In this document: positions 22,355 through 33,413 of the stretch, piece after piece
How the letters are laid out: the number at the start of each line of letters is the position of its first letter
Numbering within the stretch: the first letter of the stretch is position 1
DNA from: Candidatus Altimarinota bacterium
Lineage (GTDB): Bacteria; Patescibacteriota; Gracilibacteria; BD1-5; UBA6164
Direction: 5' to 3'
NCBI GenBank assembly: GCA_043730605.1
Contig: JAYTJZ010000031.1
Location: forward strand, 1 to 44,905
DNA: 44,905 nucleotides
Notes under the pieces: model-generated
Database searches by the model: none
What the model was told of the DNA's origin: nothing
What the model saw: the letters and a program-made list of their open reading frames with translations, nothing else
Made by a program: the position numbers and the translations under genes

Positions 22355-24670
22355 ATGGCATGACTTGATGAATATCTTTCAGATAATCCTCTTCCAGAGG
22401 AAACAACAGCTCCTGAAACAAACACTAATCCAGATACAGTAGAAACTCCCTCTGCAGATACTTCAAGGATTATTATACAACAGGAAACTGCAACGGCAGT
22501 GACAGAAGAAGCCGCAAGAGTTGAGAGAGAAGCTCTTCAAGAAGAAGTAGAAACTCCTACAACTCCGACTGAATCTCTTCAAAGCCCAGAGTTTCCTCCT
22601 GAACTCCAAGAAGCTTTTAATGCACTCATAGAGTCTCATGGAGCACAAATAGAAAGTATGATGTCTGGTTTAGAAGATGATATCTTGGCTTCTGAGAGCT
22701 TATCTGAAACAGAACTTTGAGAAAGTATTGCATCTCTTTCTTTAACATGAGAATTTGCAACATTAGGAAATACCATCAAAAATGAAGCTCAAAGGATTCT
22801 TTGACTCGCTGAGTGAGAAAAAATCATTCTCAATATTCCTGAGCTCAATCCTGCCCCTCTAGAATTTCCAACAAAAAAAGATGCTCTTTTGTATATTAAC
22901 TTTCATGCACTTATAGTACAAGCAAGTTCTGATTTTGTAGTACAAAATGTTTCAGCAGAAGATGCTACCAATTATTTGGGATGGGGAATAACTGCTCTAA
23001 GTTTACTTAGTGCCTATATGCTTTTTTGTATTGCAGGAAGTACTCGAAGAGGGATTCGTTTAGCCCTTTTTAAAACTCTAGGACTTTGACAAAAAATTAC
23101 TGCAACTACTAATCCTACTACTACCGGACCAGATGCTGCAAGATACACCGCAGAATTTACAGAATATACAGCAAGGCAAGAAGGACTTCAACTTATGCGA
23201 GAAGTATTTAAGGGAAACGATGAAATTTTAAGTCAACTTACATGAGACAACTATCTTATGCTCATAGATGCTCGTCTTGATAATGCTCGAGCAGGTCGCA
23301 TCACTGAATCTTCTTTTTGGAGAAGGCTTTGAAATATAGAAGCACAAAGAGGAGTAGGATGAAGAGCTTTTGATATATTACTGAAATCGTACTATTTTAA
23401 CTCTGAATCTTCTTTACTGGAAAGATTAAGAGAAGGAGCAAGAGTCAGACAAGAAGTAATAAACTTTGCATCAGGACCTCAATGACAACAAATAAAGGAT
23501 AATCTATCTTCATTTTTAGAGATATCGCATGACATACCAAACGATGTCGAACTTTTAAGAAGAGATGATCTTAATAACACCTACCAATCTATTATAGATG
23601 GAAAACTCAACTATATTTATGAGCAAGGAATGGATAAAGATGCTGGTATATCAGAGGTAAAAAAACGATTAATATCTGCCTTGTTAGGAACTACTATATC
23701 AGATGCGGATGTAGCAAGAATATTAGGAGATGGAACCCTCGCAAATCCTGGAGAAGGAGCTCGTCTTGAAGCTATGGATGTACAAAAAACTCCGATTCTT
23801 GATGAAAAACTTTATACTAATACTATTCGAGATAGATTCTTAAATAATCAACTGACTTGAAGCACGTATTCTATCAGTGGAGTAAGTTGAGAACTCAGAA
23901 CGTTTATTGGAAGTATTGGAAATACTGCTTGAAAACATCGATACAACTTTAAAACAGCTTCTCTTATCATGGAATATATTCTTGAATGAATGGATGACCA
24001 AGCTGCTATTTCTCGAGCTTTTTGAGAGCCTTGGGTAAGAGTTGATGCAGATATACAAACTCCTTCATATCTCTCTCAAAAAGAAACAACATTACGTACT
24101 CAGCTTGAGAAAGATCTCACTACAAGAGTAGGCAGTATCGCAAATGAAACTGAACTGAGAAACTTTGAACGAGATATTATGAATCATATAAAAGATGGTT
24201 CATGAAAATATTTTTCTGGATATGAAGCACTCTGAGCAAATCTTCAATCTTTACTTAATGAACGAGTTGCTTTATGATATCCAAAAGCTAGTGTAGAAGT
24301 AACTCTAGACGCACTGGAAAGAAAACGACTTGAGACATATGATATGATGTCTCGTTCTCTAGTTTTAGATCCTTCTATTGATGATGCCGATATACCAGAT
24401 ATGATAAGAACTATAGCTTGAGCTTGAGATGAGGCAACACTAGATATAATTCAAAATGATATTCTAGATTTTTTGAAAGATGGTTGACATCTCGATGTAA
24501 CACGAACAGCTATTCCTAATTGGGTAGAAATACGAACTCTTCCAAGAGGATTTTCATTCACTCCCGATCAGGAGGCTGCAGTTCGTGAAATAGGTGATAT
24601 TTCTGCAAGATGAACCTATGATAGTGCTCTTGATATTGTAGCCCTCTTTAAACGAGCTGCTGGAAGGTAA
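22355..24670 (+). CDS. orphan protein B (about 771 aa): acidic Pro/Thr/Glu-rich N-terminus, one hydrophobic segment
   Basis: ATG 22355 lies 4 nt after the stop of A. Frame 2 joins track ORFs 22499-22720, 22889-23089 and 23630-23860 through TGAs. Stop is TAA 24668-24670. TM-like WGITALSLLSAYMLFCIAG. No family recognised. Confidence 0.75.
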
Positions 24671-24679
24671 TATACATTT

Positions 24680-27205
24680 ATGGCTGAACTAGAATTTCCA
24701 CATACTCTAGAAAATACTCCGTCCTATTTGAGTGAAACGCAAATAGGACTTCTTGTTGAAGCAAATGTTCGTCCTATTTTTTCTGCTATGAGAAAACCAT
24801 TTTCATCTGAAGTTTTACAAACTATACCAAAACCTGAGTTTCAAATACTCAATATTTTTCAAGTAGGAACTTGGGTTATTTTTGAAGGAAGTACTCAAAC
24901 ACAAGCTATAAATATTGCTCAAGAGCCTTTTATGCTTCAAGATACGAGTATTGAGGAAAGAGAAAGAGAAAAAACAGAAAATATTACTATATATCAAGAA
25001 AAGCTTTTAAGTATTGAAATTTTGATATGAAAAATTTGAGAGTGCTTAGAACAAAATCAAAACGAAGTATGGGAAGTAATTGATGAAAATGATAAAGTAG
25101 AAAGTATGACTCTTGTAGAAGCTGTTCTCCTATTACGAAAAAAGCTTCAAGATGCAGGAGATATAAGAAGGTTTCTCATTATTCCTGAATGAGATAGCAC
25201 CGTACAAGAAACTGATTCCCAGCTTTTTAATTTTCAAGAAGAATATCTTTTACTATCTCTTTGAGTGGGAAAATCGAGAGAAGAACTCGTACATGTGATA
25301 CCAAAATCTCAAGCTGAAACAAATCAACTCATAGAAGGAATAATTACAAGGAAAACACCTGAAGAAATCCTTGCTTGGATGAAAAATATCCATAGTGAAG
25401 TAAATGCAAATAACTTTCAAGATGCTCTGGTAGAAAAAAATATGACTTATTTTATTGAGAGAATGAACGCAGTGGTTCTGACTCGATTTGAACAAGAAGT
25501 TTTTGAAAAGAAACAGCAGTGATGGGAATATATCGAAGGACCCTATTATCATAATCCTCAGATACTTTTTGACTTCGCGGGTCTTGTTTCTGGAAGAACA
25601 GGATGAGTTTGATCCTCACTTATGAGTTCAGATATGGATAGTCGGCTTTGGAGAGCTGATATAGCAAACGAAGCTCTTGTTCTTGCTATGAAAGTACCGA
25701 ATAAGGATACAGAAATGTCTCTACTTGATACTATAAGCCCTCAGCTCAATATTGAAGACTCAGAACTGAGAGAAAAAACTCCTTCTCAAATTATAGAATG
25801 ATTTCAAAGATTTACTCTTCAAAATGTTACTCTTTCCGACGAGAATGGAAATATGGTAGCTATGAATCAGGAAAAACTCAATGAAATAATAAATATTTTA
25901 TGATACTCTTCTCTTTTTGAAAAGTATAAAAGTGGTGATATATCAACGTATCAAGATGCGACTCTTGAAGAAAAGATTCAGATATCTGCTCTTGCAAGAG
26001 TAGTAAATACCCTTTCTCAAGAAACAAGAATTGAAATGTGAAACTTTACTCAATTACAAACCGGAGAAACAAGTCAAATCTTACCTGGGCCTCCTTTTAT
26101 GACTGAGATATTTAGTCCTGGAGGACAAAAAATAGGATTTGATAGATTTACAGAGATTATTCAAAATGCATGACAAGAAAGTGTATCACATATTGGCTGA
26201 GAACTCGATAGAAATTTTGACGATGGTTTTTGGGAAAAAATGGGCGATTTTTTCTTAGGTTCTGTCTTTTACGAAACTCCTGAGGAACGAGCAGAAAGTT
26301 TTTGAATCGAAACTCAAAGTCTTGAATTTGAAATATTTAGCCTCTATAATGATATACAATGAAATGGAAATCTTGGGGAAATAGGAGATAGTACTCGAGA
26401 TACTCTTAAAACAGCAGGATATATGATGGCAATGATTGCTGGATCTATGGTATTATGAGGGGGTGTTCTTCTTGCAGCAAGTAGAGCTGGAGTTATGATA
26501 TCTACTATGGCAACACAATGAGTTATATATGGAATATCCTGAAGTACTATGTGATATGTTTTGGATGCAACGCTCGGAGATACCAGAGGTTTTTATACAC
26601 CTGAAGAAGCTTTTATGTCTGTTGGAACAGATTATGCTCTCGGAGCATTTACTGGAGCTCTCGGATGAGCTGTTGCAAATAGATATTGAAATCCAAATGC
26701 TGCTCTTTTTTCGCGAGAAAGCATCCCAAATCAGTATATCTTCGCTGGAGATATAACTTTAAATGGAATAGTACCAGAAATGTATCGACTTCGTCTTATG
26801 GATCAAGTATGGTGAGAAAATGAAATCTTTACACCTGAAAATGAAAACTGAAATTTTTTAAACACAAGGCTTGAAAGAAAGATACAAGAATACCAAAATA
26901 ATATTTGACTTGGAAGCTTATTATCTGATGTGTTTTTTGAAACAGGAATACAAAAAGAAAATGTTCCTTCAAATCTTGAAAAACGTTTTCAAAAAGCTTT
27001 TGCTATTTATGGAATACTCAATCCAAGAAATGATTGGAATATATTTTCAGAAGAGGAAGAGTTTCATGGTATTTCTGATATTGCTTTTCTTCAAACAGAG
27101 CTTTCAAATCCAGAGAACTACTATATATTATACCTCGTACCACAAATAGAAAAATGGTGTGACCGACAAGAAAATAGATGGAATCAACTCAATATTTGAC
27201 AATAA
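24680..27205 (+). CDS. orphan protein C (about 841 aa) with C-terminal Gly-rich hydrophobic hairpins
   Basis: ATG 24680 lies 9 nt after the stop of B. Frame 2 joins ORFs 24680-25030, 25265-25522 and 26930-27199. Stop is TAA 27203-27205. Hydrophobic TAGYMMAMIAGSMVLGGGVLLAASRAGVMISTMATQGVIYGISG. Confidence 0.75.
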
Positions 27206-27254
27206 TATTAATATATTATAATGTATAATAAATATTTCTTAAATACTATAAATT

Positions 27255-27974
27255 ATGTGAGTTAATAAAAGTGGGGGAATTTCTAGAATAGCCAAAAGAA
27301 CAGCTGCAGTTGGAGTTGCCGGAGGAGTAGGAGCTCTGTCTCTTGAAGCACTTTCTGAAGCAGGAGTACAACAAGCAACTCATATTCAAAATATTATTGG
27401 AAACGTAGCTCAAAACACAGTAAATGTACTTTCTCAGTCTCATGTACAAATTTGAGATCTCGCTCCTATCTCTGATTTTTGAATTTCACAATTTGCTCAA
27501 AATATTGGAAATGGATCTCTCTGATGGACTGATATGTGAGTGTCTGCTCTCGGATGACTTGTAGGAAACTACATATGAAAAAAGTGATCTCAAATCACAG
27601 GAAAAATACTTTGAGTTTCAAGTGAATCTGACGATACAGTAAGTGGGATATCTATTGGGGGCGCAAGTTCTCTTGCTCTGGTATGACTTTCTGGTCCTGC
27701 GATGATATTAGCAGGTTGAGGAGTAGGCTATGTAATAGGAAGAAAACTTTGAGAAAAAATCCTTGGAGAAAAAAATGCAAAAATGCTTGGAGTTGTTGGT
27801 TGAATTGCAGGAGCAGGAACTATGATAGGATTATCTTCATCTATTCTCATTCCACTTTCACTTGCAGGAGCAACTGCATGATTTATATGGAATATAAATA
27901 AAAAGTCTGCTTGATCTTCTACAAAGCATGAAAAAAAAGAAGATTCTCATGATTCTCATAAAGCACATCACTAA
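27255..27974 (+). CDS. orphan protein D (about 239 aa): Gly-rich glycine-zipper-like membrane protein with a His/Lys-rich tail
   Basis: ATG 27255 is followed immediately by TGA. Frame 3 is open to TAA 27972-27974 with about 15 in-frame TGAs. ...LVGLSGPAMILAGGGVGYVIGRKLG...MLGVVGGIAGAGTMIGLSSSILIPLSLAGATAGF... Invisible in the standard-code ORF track. Confidence 0.65.
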
Positions 27975-27987
27975 GATGTGTTTTTTT
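27964..27987 (+). terminator. rho-independent terminator closing the A-D operon
   Basis: CACATC-ACTA-GATGTG hairpin overlapping the stop codon, followed by T7. Confidence 0.5.
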
Positions 27988-28014
27988 GATATTATAAAAA
28001 ATATATGTTATGAT
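27986..28014 (+). promoter_or_regulatory. sigma70-like promoter candidate for gene E
   Basis: TTGATA (27986-27991), 17-nt spacer, TATGAT (28009-28014), 33 nt upstream of ATG 28047. AT-rich background makes chance matches likely. Confidence 0.35.
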
Positions 28015-28046
28015 TTCTCTATATATTTTATAAATTTCGAATACAT

Positions 28047-30449
28047 ATGTTAGAAATACTCAAACAAAATGGTTTTACTGAAGAAGAGGCTCGTACTCTT
28101 GAAAGTCGAGATGATTATGAATCTGTAAAATTACAGGTAGAAAGAGTACAAATAGATAATAATCTTGATGCATTGGAAACTAGAAGTACCACAGCTGTAG
28201 AAACTCAGAGTCAAACACTAGAAGAAAGATGGCAAGCTTTTAAAGATGCTCTCAGCCAATTAGAACAATCTACATGAACTTCGGAACCTATTGTTGAAAC
28301 TCTTGAGGCTATGCAAGCTAGATTGGAGCAAGAAGCTATAACAAAAGCAGAAACTGCGATTCGAGAAGAAGTTTGAGATATTCCCCTTATTGGAGAAGGA
28401 ATTGCAAGTTGGCTTGTATCATCATGAAAAGAAATGATTTCAAGTGCGACGGATACTTCGATGGGATGACAAATTAAAAAATGGTTTGTGATGTTTGTTG
28501 CATGAATCTTTGGAGTTGAAAGTATCTATTCTCAGTTACAAGAAAGTATAGATGCTGCAAAAAATACACAACTTCCTGAAGTAGAAATTCCTGAAATCGT
28601 TCCAAATATTGAAGTACCAGAGGAGACAAAAGATTTACTAAAATATCAAGCTGGTATAGAACTTATATTAGGACTTTCTGAAAATGATGATGAAAATACA
28701 AATATTCAATCTCTTCTTCTTACTCCAAAAATTCAAGAAAGTAAATATAGTGAAATTATAAATGACACCTTTTCTATTGAAGGTACAGATGGCGATGATG
28801 TAGCTATAATGAAAGCGACCCTTAGATCTCAGGAATCACTCATCGATTCTATTTTAAAAAATGAAAATCCAAATTGGAGAGAACTTTCACTTTTAGAAAT
28901 ATTTGAAAGTATAGGAGTATATGCTACAAGTTTTGCTGATATCAGAAGTATTACTCCAGATACTATACTCAGTGGAGATTTTAATATTTGAACTATTAGT
29001 TTTTGAGAATGATTTACAGCAGGATGAAGTTTAGGAGCGCTTTTTGAACAGTATAGAAATTCTGAATCATCTATATTCCATAATGTCAGTGAAGGTCTCT
29101 TTCTTCAGCTTATTCGCGAAAGTGGAAAAAAAATAACTGATAGTGATGTTGAAAATCTTCTCGCACTGAACAGTTTTCAAGAAAAAGAAGAAGACAGAAG
29201 GTTTCAAGAAGAATTTGTGAAATTTTGACGAGGTTTTATAGATATTATAATTTCCGAGTTTTATCTCGGTCCAGACGAACATAAAGAAGCATTTGCTCAA
29301 TATATCAGAGAAAAAAGCCTTACATACAGTGAAGTTTTAGAGCTTATGATACTTACTGGAGGGTCTCTCGAAGTATCAAGTTACAACGATGCAGTAAAAA
29401 CTATTATCTACGCAAAAATATGGAAAATATTAGGGGAGGAAGATAGTTTTTGGCATGAATTACGAACAAAAACATATAATGCTGTATTTCTTGAATTATT
29501 ACAAAGTTGAGTAAGTTCTTGATTTGAAAATATTCCTCCAGAAATGAAAATTCTTGTAAATAAAATATTTAGTTATGGTACAGAAACTGCGATTGAAGCT
29601 GCTAAAGAAACTGCATGACTCTCTTATGAATTATTTTTTTCTGTATGGGACAAGCTTGATTGGCAAACAAAAGCATCTATTATAGCTGGGTCTTGATTTA
29701 TGCTCTATATAATAATTCAGTCTCGATACTTCCGAGGATTTGTAGCGTGATGAGCTGTAATTTGAGGAGTCGCTCTTGTATGAGCACTCATTATGATGGC
29801 AGACAGTGCTTGGGCAAACCCTAGTTTTAGAGCAGAACATCCTGATATTGGAACAAAAGAAGAGCTCATTAATGGTCTTATAGGAGAAGTATCTGCAACC
29901 GGAATAGATGTAAGTGCGGCTGTAGAAGATATACGCGCAGGAAGAACCACTCACGACATTGATAGGAGCCTCATAGCTCCAGTATCAACAGGTGAAGAAT
30001 CTGTTTGAGCAGTAACTCCAGTGAATCCTGATAGTCCAAGAGATTATCCTTGGATAATGTATAATTGAGAAAAACTTCAAGAAGATGGGATGACTACAAT
30101 TCCTATGGAGTGAGATATAGTATCACAAGAAAGTGGAGTATTAAAAATTGAGAGAAATAGAGCCACAAAAGAAGTAAAGTTCTATGTAAATGGAGTAGAA
30201 AGAAATGTTTATTTCTGAAGTCAATGATGAAGTATGGATCGTATAGCAGATGGAATGCTTTGAGATAGTGGTATATTCGTAAAAAATTCTACTGAATCCG
30301 TTTTTCTTGCAATATTGACAGATAGTACTTATTCTTACGTATCGCTTGAAGAACTCGCAAATAAGATTTCTCAACAGGCAAGTGGAGAGTTACTCATTTC
30401 TGAAGATTTATATATCTCTTGGGATTTAATGATGCAATGAAATTCTTAG
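28047..30449 (+). CDS. orphan protein E (about 800 aa): coiled-coil N-terminus and two hydrophobic regions
   Basis: ATG 28047 (an in-frame ATG at 28005 is also possible). Frame 3 joins ORFs 28047-28277, 28809-28991 and 29793-30008 through TGAs. Stop is TAG 30447-30449. Hydrophobic WFVMFVAGIFGV and FVAGGAVIGGVALVGALIMMA. Confidence 0.75.
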
Positions 30450-30471
30450 TTCATTATTTTAAAAATATTCA

Positions 30472-30500
30472 AAGCCCCCGCATTTCTGCAGGGGCTTTTT
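30472..30500. terminator. GC-rich rho-independent terminator between convergent genes E and F
   Basis: AGCCCC-CGCATTTCTGCA-GGGGCT followed by TTTTT. Confidence 0.6.
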
Positions 30501-30517
30501 CGAGGACGAAGGGGAAA

Positions 30518-30940
30518 TTATGGATCAATTCCCATTCGTCCTTTTTCCATTTCGATGAGTTTCGATGCTCCCCCATTCAAGGAGAAAAGGAAGTCGAAAA
30601 AAGCGAAGAATGTTGCAGTTGCCAGCATCACGAGAGGCAACCAATAGTCGGTCATCCCAGTCGCGAATGCATAGGTCAGAGCCGATGTTGACAGGGTCCA
30701 AATCAGCACATCCCCGATGATATCGGTAACGAAGGATTTCACCCCTTCGATCTCATAAGCTGAGAATATAGTCACTGCGGTTGCCAGCACGAGGATAACT
30801 ACCTCGGCAAGCAGCACAAGTGACTCACTTCCCGCAGTAAAAGTCCTTGCTTGGGGCCAAAACAGGACCCCCATACCCGCAAAAACTGCGATTACCACCC
30901 AAATACGGGTAGATAGAATGAGCCTTAGAAGAGACAGCAT
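30518..30940 (-). CDS. four-TM hypothetical membrane protein (140 aa) of atypical composition
   Basis: Intact ORF with no TGA and a TAA stop. Visibly higher GC (roughly 50 percent by eye) than the surroundings. Uses GGG/GGC/CCC/GCG codons that are rare elsewhere in the window. AAGAGGT Shine-Dalgarno-like motif 6 nt upstream of the ATG. Confidence 0.75.
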   Translation of the reverse strand: MLSLLRLILSTRIWVVIAVFAGMGVLFWPQARTFTAGSESLVLLAEVVILVLATAVTIFSAYEIEGVKSFVTDIIGDVLIWTLSTSALTYAFATGMTDYWLPLVMLATATFFAFFDFLFSLNGGASKLIEMEKGRMGIDP

Positions 30941-31024
30941 GGGATACCTCTTGTGTTTGTGTTTCTGAGTCTTGATTGACTTATATTTAATATTATATAA
31001 ATATAATAAAAGTCAAATAAATAC

Positions 31025-31053
31025 TTGACTTTATAATATATATTAAGTATAAT
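31025..31053 (+). promoter_or_regulatory. consensus sigma70-like promoter candidate for gene G
   Basis: TTGACT (31025-31030), 17-nt spacer, TATAAT (31048-31053), 30 nt upstream of ATG 31083. The -35 box is the right arm of inverted repeat AAAGTCAA-N8-TTGACTTT (31009-31032). Confidence 0.4.
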
Positions 31054-31082
31054 TATTATTATTAAATTTAATATATAGTATT

Positions 31083-31754
31083 ATGGGAAATCATCCTTGA
31101 GTTCAAAATACAAAAGAAGTAGGAAGTATCATATGAAATGGGATAAAAAATATAGGAACCTCATTACGTGCGGGTTCAAATATTTGAATCAAATGATGAC
31201 TCGTACTTCAAGCATGAATTCTCGACCAATATACCTGAGTTCTTCCAGATATTGTATGAGAAACAGCATCAAATATTGCTGATAAAATTCCTCAAATCTT
31301 GAACATAGAAACAGAGATTCCAGGAGTAAGTGACTTTATTTTAAGTTTTCCTCAAATTCAAGAATTTGCACAAGATGTGAATAATGTTTGAAATATATGA
31401 GCTTATATGTCCGCATTTGCACTGGTACATCTCTTTTCAAAATACGTTCTCCGATGAGAAAAAGGAAGTTTTGAAGCAACGACAAGTGCTATTGTATGGA
31501 CTGCTCTTTCAGTTGGTATTTTTAAAGAAATGGTAGATGTTATGAACGGGTATGGTCATGATATTATGTCTTGGCTACCTCATAGATTTTTTGAAGCTCT
31601 TCCTGAATTAGTTCGCGAGGATATGATGGATGCTGACAAAAGACAAAATATATACGCGGGAACTCTTTGAACTATTGGAATTGGAACCTCTGTTCTTGCA
31701 GGAAAGAATATGATTCGTGCTGTAGTATGAAGAAGAAAATCTATAAAGAAGTAG
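31083..31754 (+). CDS. orphan protein G (about 223 aa): Gly/Asn-rich N-terminus, hydrophobic segments
   Basis: Frame 3 is open from ATG 31083 to TAG 31752-31754 with about 14 in-frame TGAs. MGNHPGVQNTKEVGSIIGNGIKNIGTSL... Later AYMSAFALVHLF, TSAIVWTALSVGIF and GTLGTIGIGTSVLAG. Confidence 0.6.
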
Positions 31755-31785
31755 TTCTATATAGACATTTCTTGCCTCATCCCAA

Positions 31786-31819
31786 AAAATATGTTACACT
31801 TTGAGTAACATATTTTTTT
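31786..31819 (+). terminator. rho-independent terminator after gene G
   Basis: ATATGTTAC-ACTTTGA-GTAACATAT hairpin followed by a T-run. Confidence 0.6.
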
Positions 31820-31829
31820 ATACTTTTTT

Positions 31830-33356
31830 ATGAGTGCAGAGAATTTAGTACAAATAGATCTTTCGCAAGAAAATAAAACAGCTCATATTGCTGATACGAT
31901 ACTAACTCCTGAAGAAAAAGTACAACTCGAAACGCAACTAGCAGCTGAAAAAGAAGGGATTCTTTCTTTGACACAACAAGAATTAGAAGAACTCAAAAGT
32001 ATACTAAGTATCGAAAGAAGTATAGGACAAAATCCAAGATGACCTTTAGACTCTGCATTTAGACCATGAGAAACTCTTGGAAATTTTATAGAAACTCAAA
32101 AAATAGAAGGGATCTCTACTTCTGATATCATGTCTTGAGTAGAGGGAAATCTTTTCACTCCTGAACTGCTTGATCAGTTTGATACTCTATCTCAAGATAT
32201 GCTTTTTGGAACAGAAGGAATTTTTTCTGGTCTTGATATTTCTCAAAAGGCACAGGAAAGTGCCAGTGTGAGTTTTTCTCTCGCATTACTCGAAAAAATA
32301 CAAACATCACCAACGCAAATACAACAATTGATGGATCCAGCTACCCTACAAAATCCAGAAGCAATAGGAGAAATACTTGCATCTTTTGGATGAGAAAATA
32401 TGACTCAAATAGGAGCTCATTTTCAACAAGCACAGGAGGAAGTACGACCAGCTTACCAAATAGATGGAGCAGGAGAAAAAAACAAAATATTTATGGATAC
32501 ACCGACTGGAGTAGATTTTTTTAGACGTATTCTTTCTGGAGAAATTACTCTTACAAATATTCATGCTGAAATAGACAAACAAGATGCTCCAAGTCCTTTG
32601 GAAACGAGTCTAGGTGATATTTCTATTCTTCAAGATATAGGGACATTTACTCCCGAAGAGCTACAAGCTCTCACTGCTCCTGTAGACCCAAGCTCAACAG
32701 CAAGTGATACTCCAGTGATTCCAGATCCCGAAGGAGTTTTAGCTCCACTAAATACCGAAGAAGCCCAAACTGCAACCGAGCGACTCGCTGAGATGCAGCC
32801 TCTTGGACCTTTTCTTGCTGCGATTCTTGAGTTTCTCAAAGGTTTAGGAGCAGTAGTATCTCCTGAATCTGAAAACTCGGGAGAAGCAACAGAAACTCAA
32901 AGTGTCCCAGCAACAGATGAAGATACTCCCTCTTCCACTCCTGAAAATACTTCATCAAGTTTTTTAAGTACTTTTCAAGCGTTGGAACTCAGTGGGGAAG
33001 ATGCTATTTCACGAGACTCTCTTCTCACAGAAATCCAAGGAAACGAAGTATTACAAAACCAAATTCAAATAACACTTGAATCTATCTCTCCAGATGAAAT
33101 AGCTATTCAAAGTCTCCAAGATCTCTATGGTCCTGAGAAAAAAATCACTGGAGTAAGTTCTGCTTTTGAAGCTCAATGAATTTTTGCAAATACACCAGAA
33201 GGAACGTCAAATGGAGAAAAATTTCTGACTCTCTTACGAGAATATGCTACATATAGAAATACTCCTTGAGTACGAGACGTTACAGAAAATAGAACGACTT
33301 GGCTTGCATACGGTGAGTTTCGAAAAGGACAAGGATGGAATTCTGTTGGAAGATAA
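31830..33356 (+). CDS. orphan protein H (about 508 aa): acidic, Pro/Ser/Thr/Glu-rich, no clear TM
   Basis: Frame 3 joins ORFs 31830-32042, 32199-32393 and 32400-33179 through TGAs. Stop is TAA 33354-33356. No family recognised. Confidence 0.75.
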
Positions 33357-33382
33357 ATTGTGTTTTCTCTATTTTCTATACA

Positions 33383-33412
33383 ATAGTTCAGAAATATTTC
33401 TGAACTATTTTT
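33383..33412 (+). terminator. rho-independent terminator after gene H
   Basis: Perfect 13+13 palindrome ATAGTTCAGAAAT/ATTTCTGAACTAT followed by a T-run that abuts the queA ATG. Confidence 0.65.
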
Positions 33413-33413
33413 T

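Noticed and set aside
18883-27974. Possibility that the A-D proteins are a prophage tail tape-measure or tail module (coiled coils, Gly-rich hydrophobic segments, PG-binding).
   Set aside because: There is no capsid, portal, terminase, integrase or other phage hallmark gene in the surrounding roughly 45 kb, and housekeeping genes flank the locus directly. I keep it as an alternative that profile searches can test, not as a call.
28005-28046. Alternative upstream in-frame ATG (28005) for gene E, and the fact that D and E share a reading frame.
   Set aside because: D ends at a genuine TAA (27972-27974), so D and E are not fused. The 28005 start would lie inside the predicted promoter -10 region, so I prefer 28047, though without strong evidence.
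29631-29954. Minus-strand ORFs 29631-29954 and 29717-29950 inside gene E. Similar antisense or alternative-frame ORFs occur at 4650-4913, 26529-26756, 26871-27149, 37406-37678 and 38803-39096.
   Set aside because: They overlap long recoded genes that have recognisable motifs or much longer open frames. Their translations are Cys/Ser/Arg-rich nonsense.
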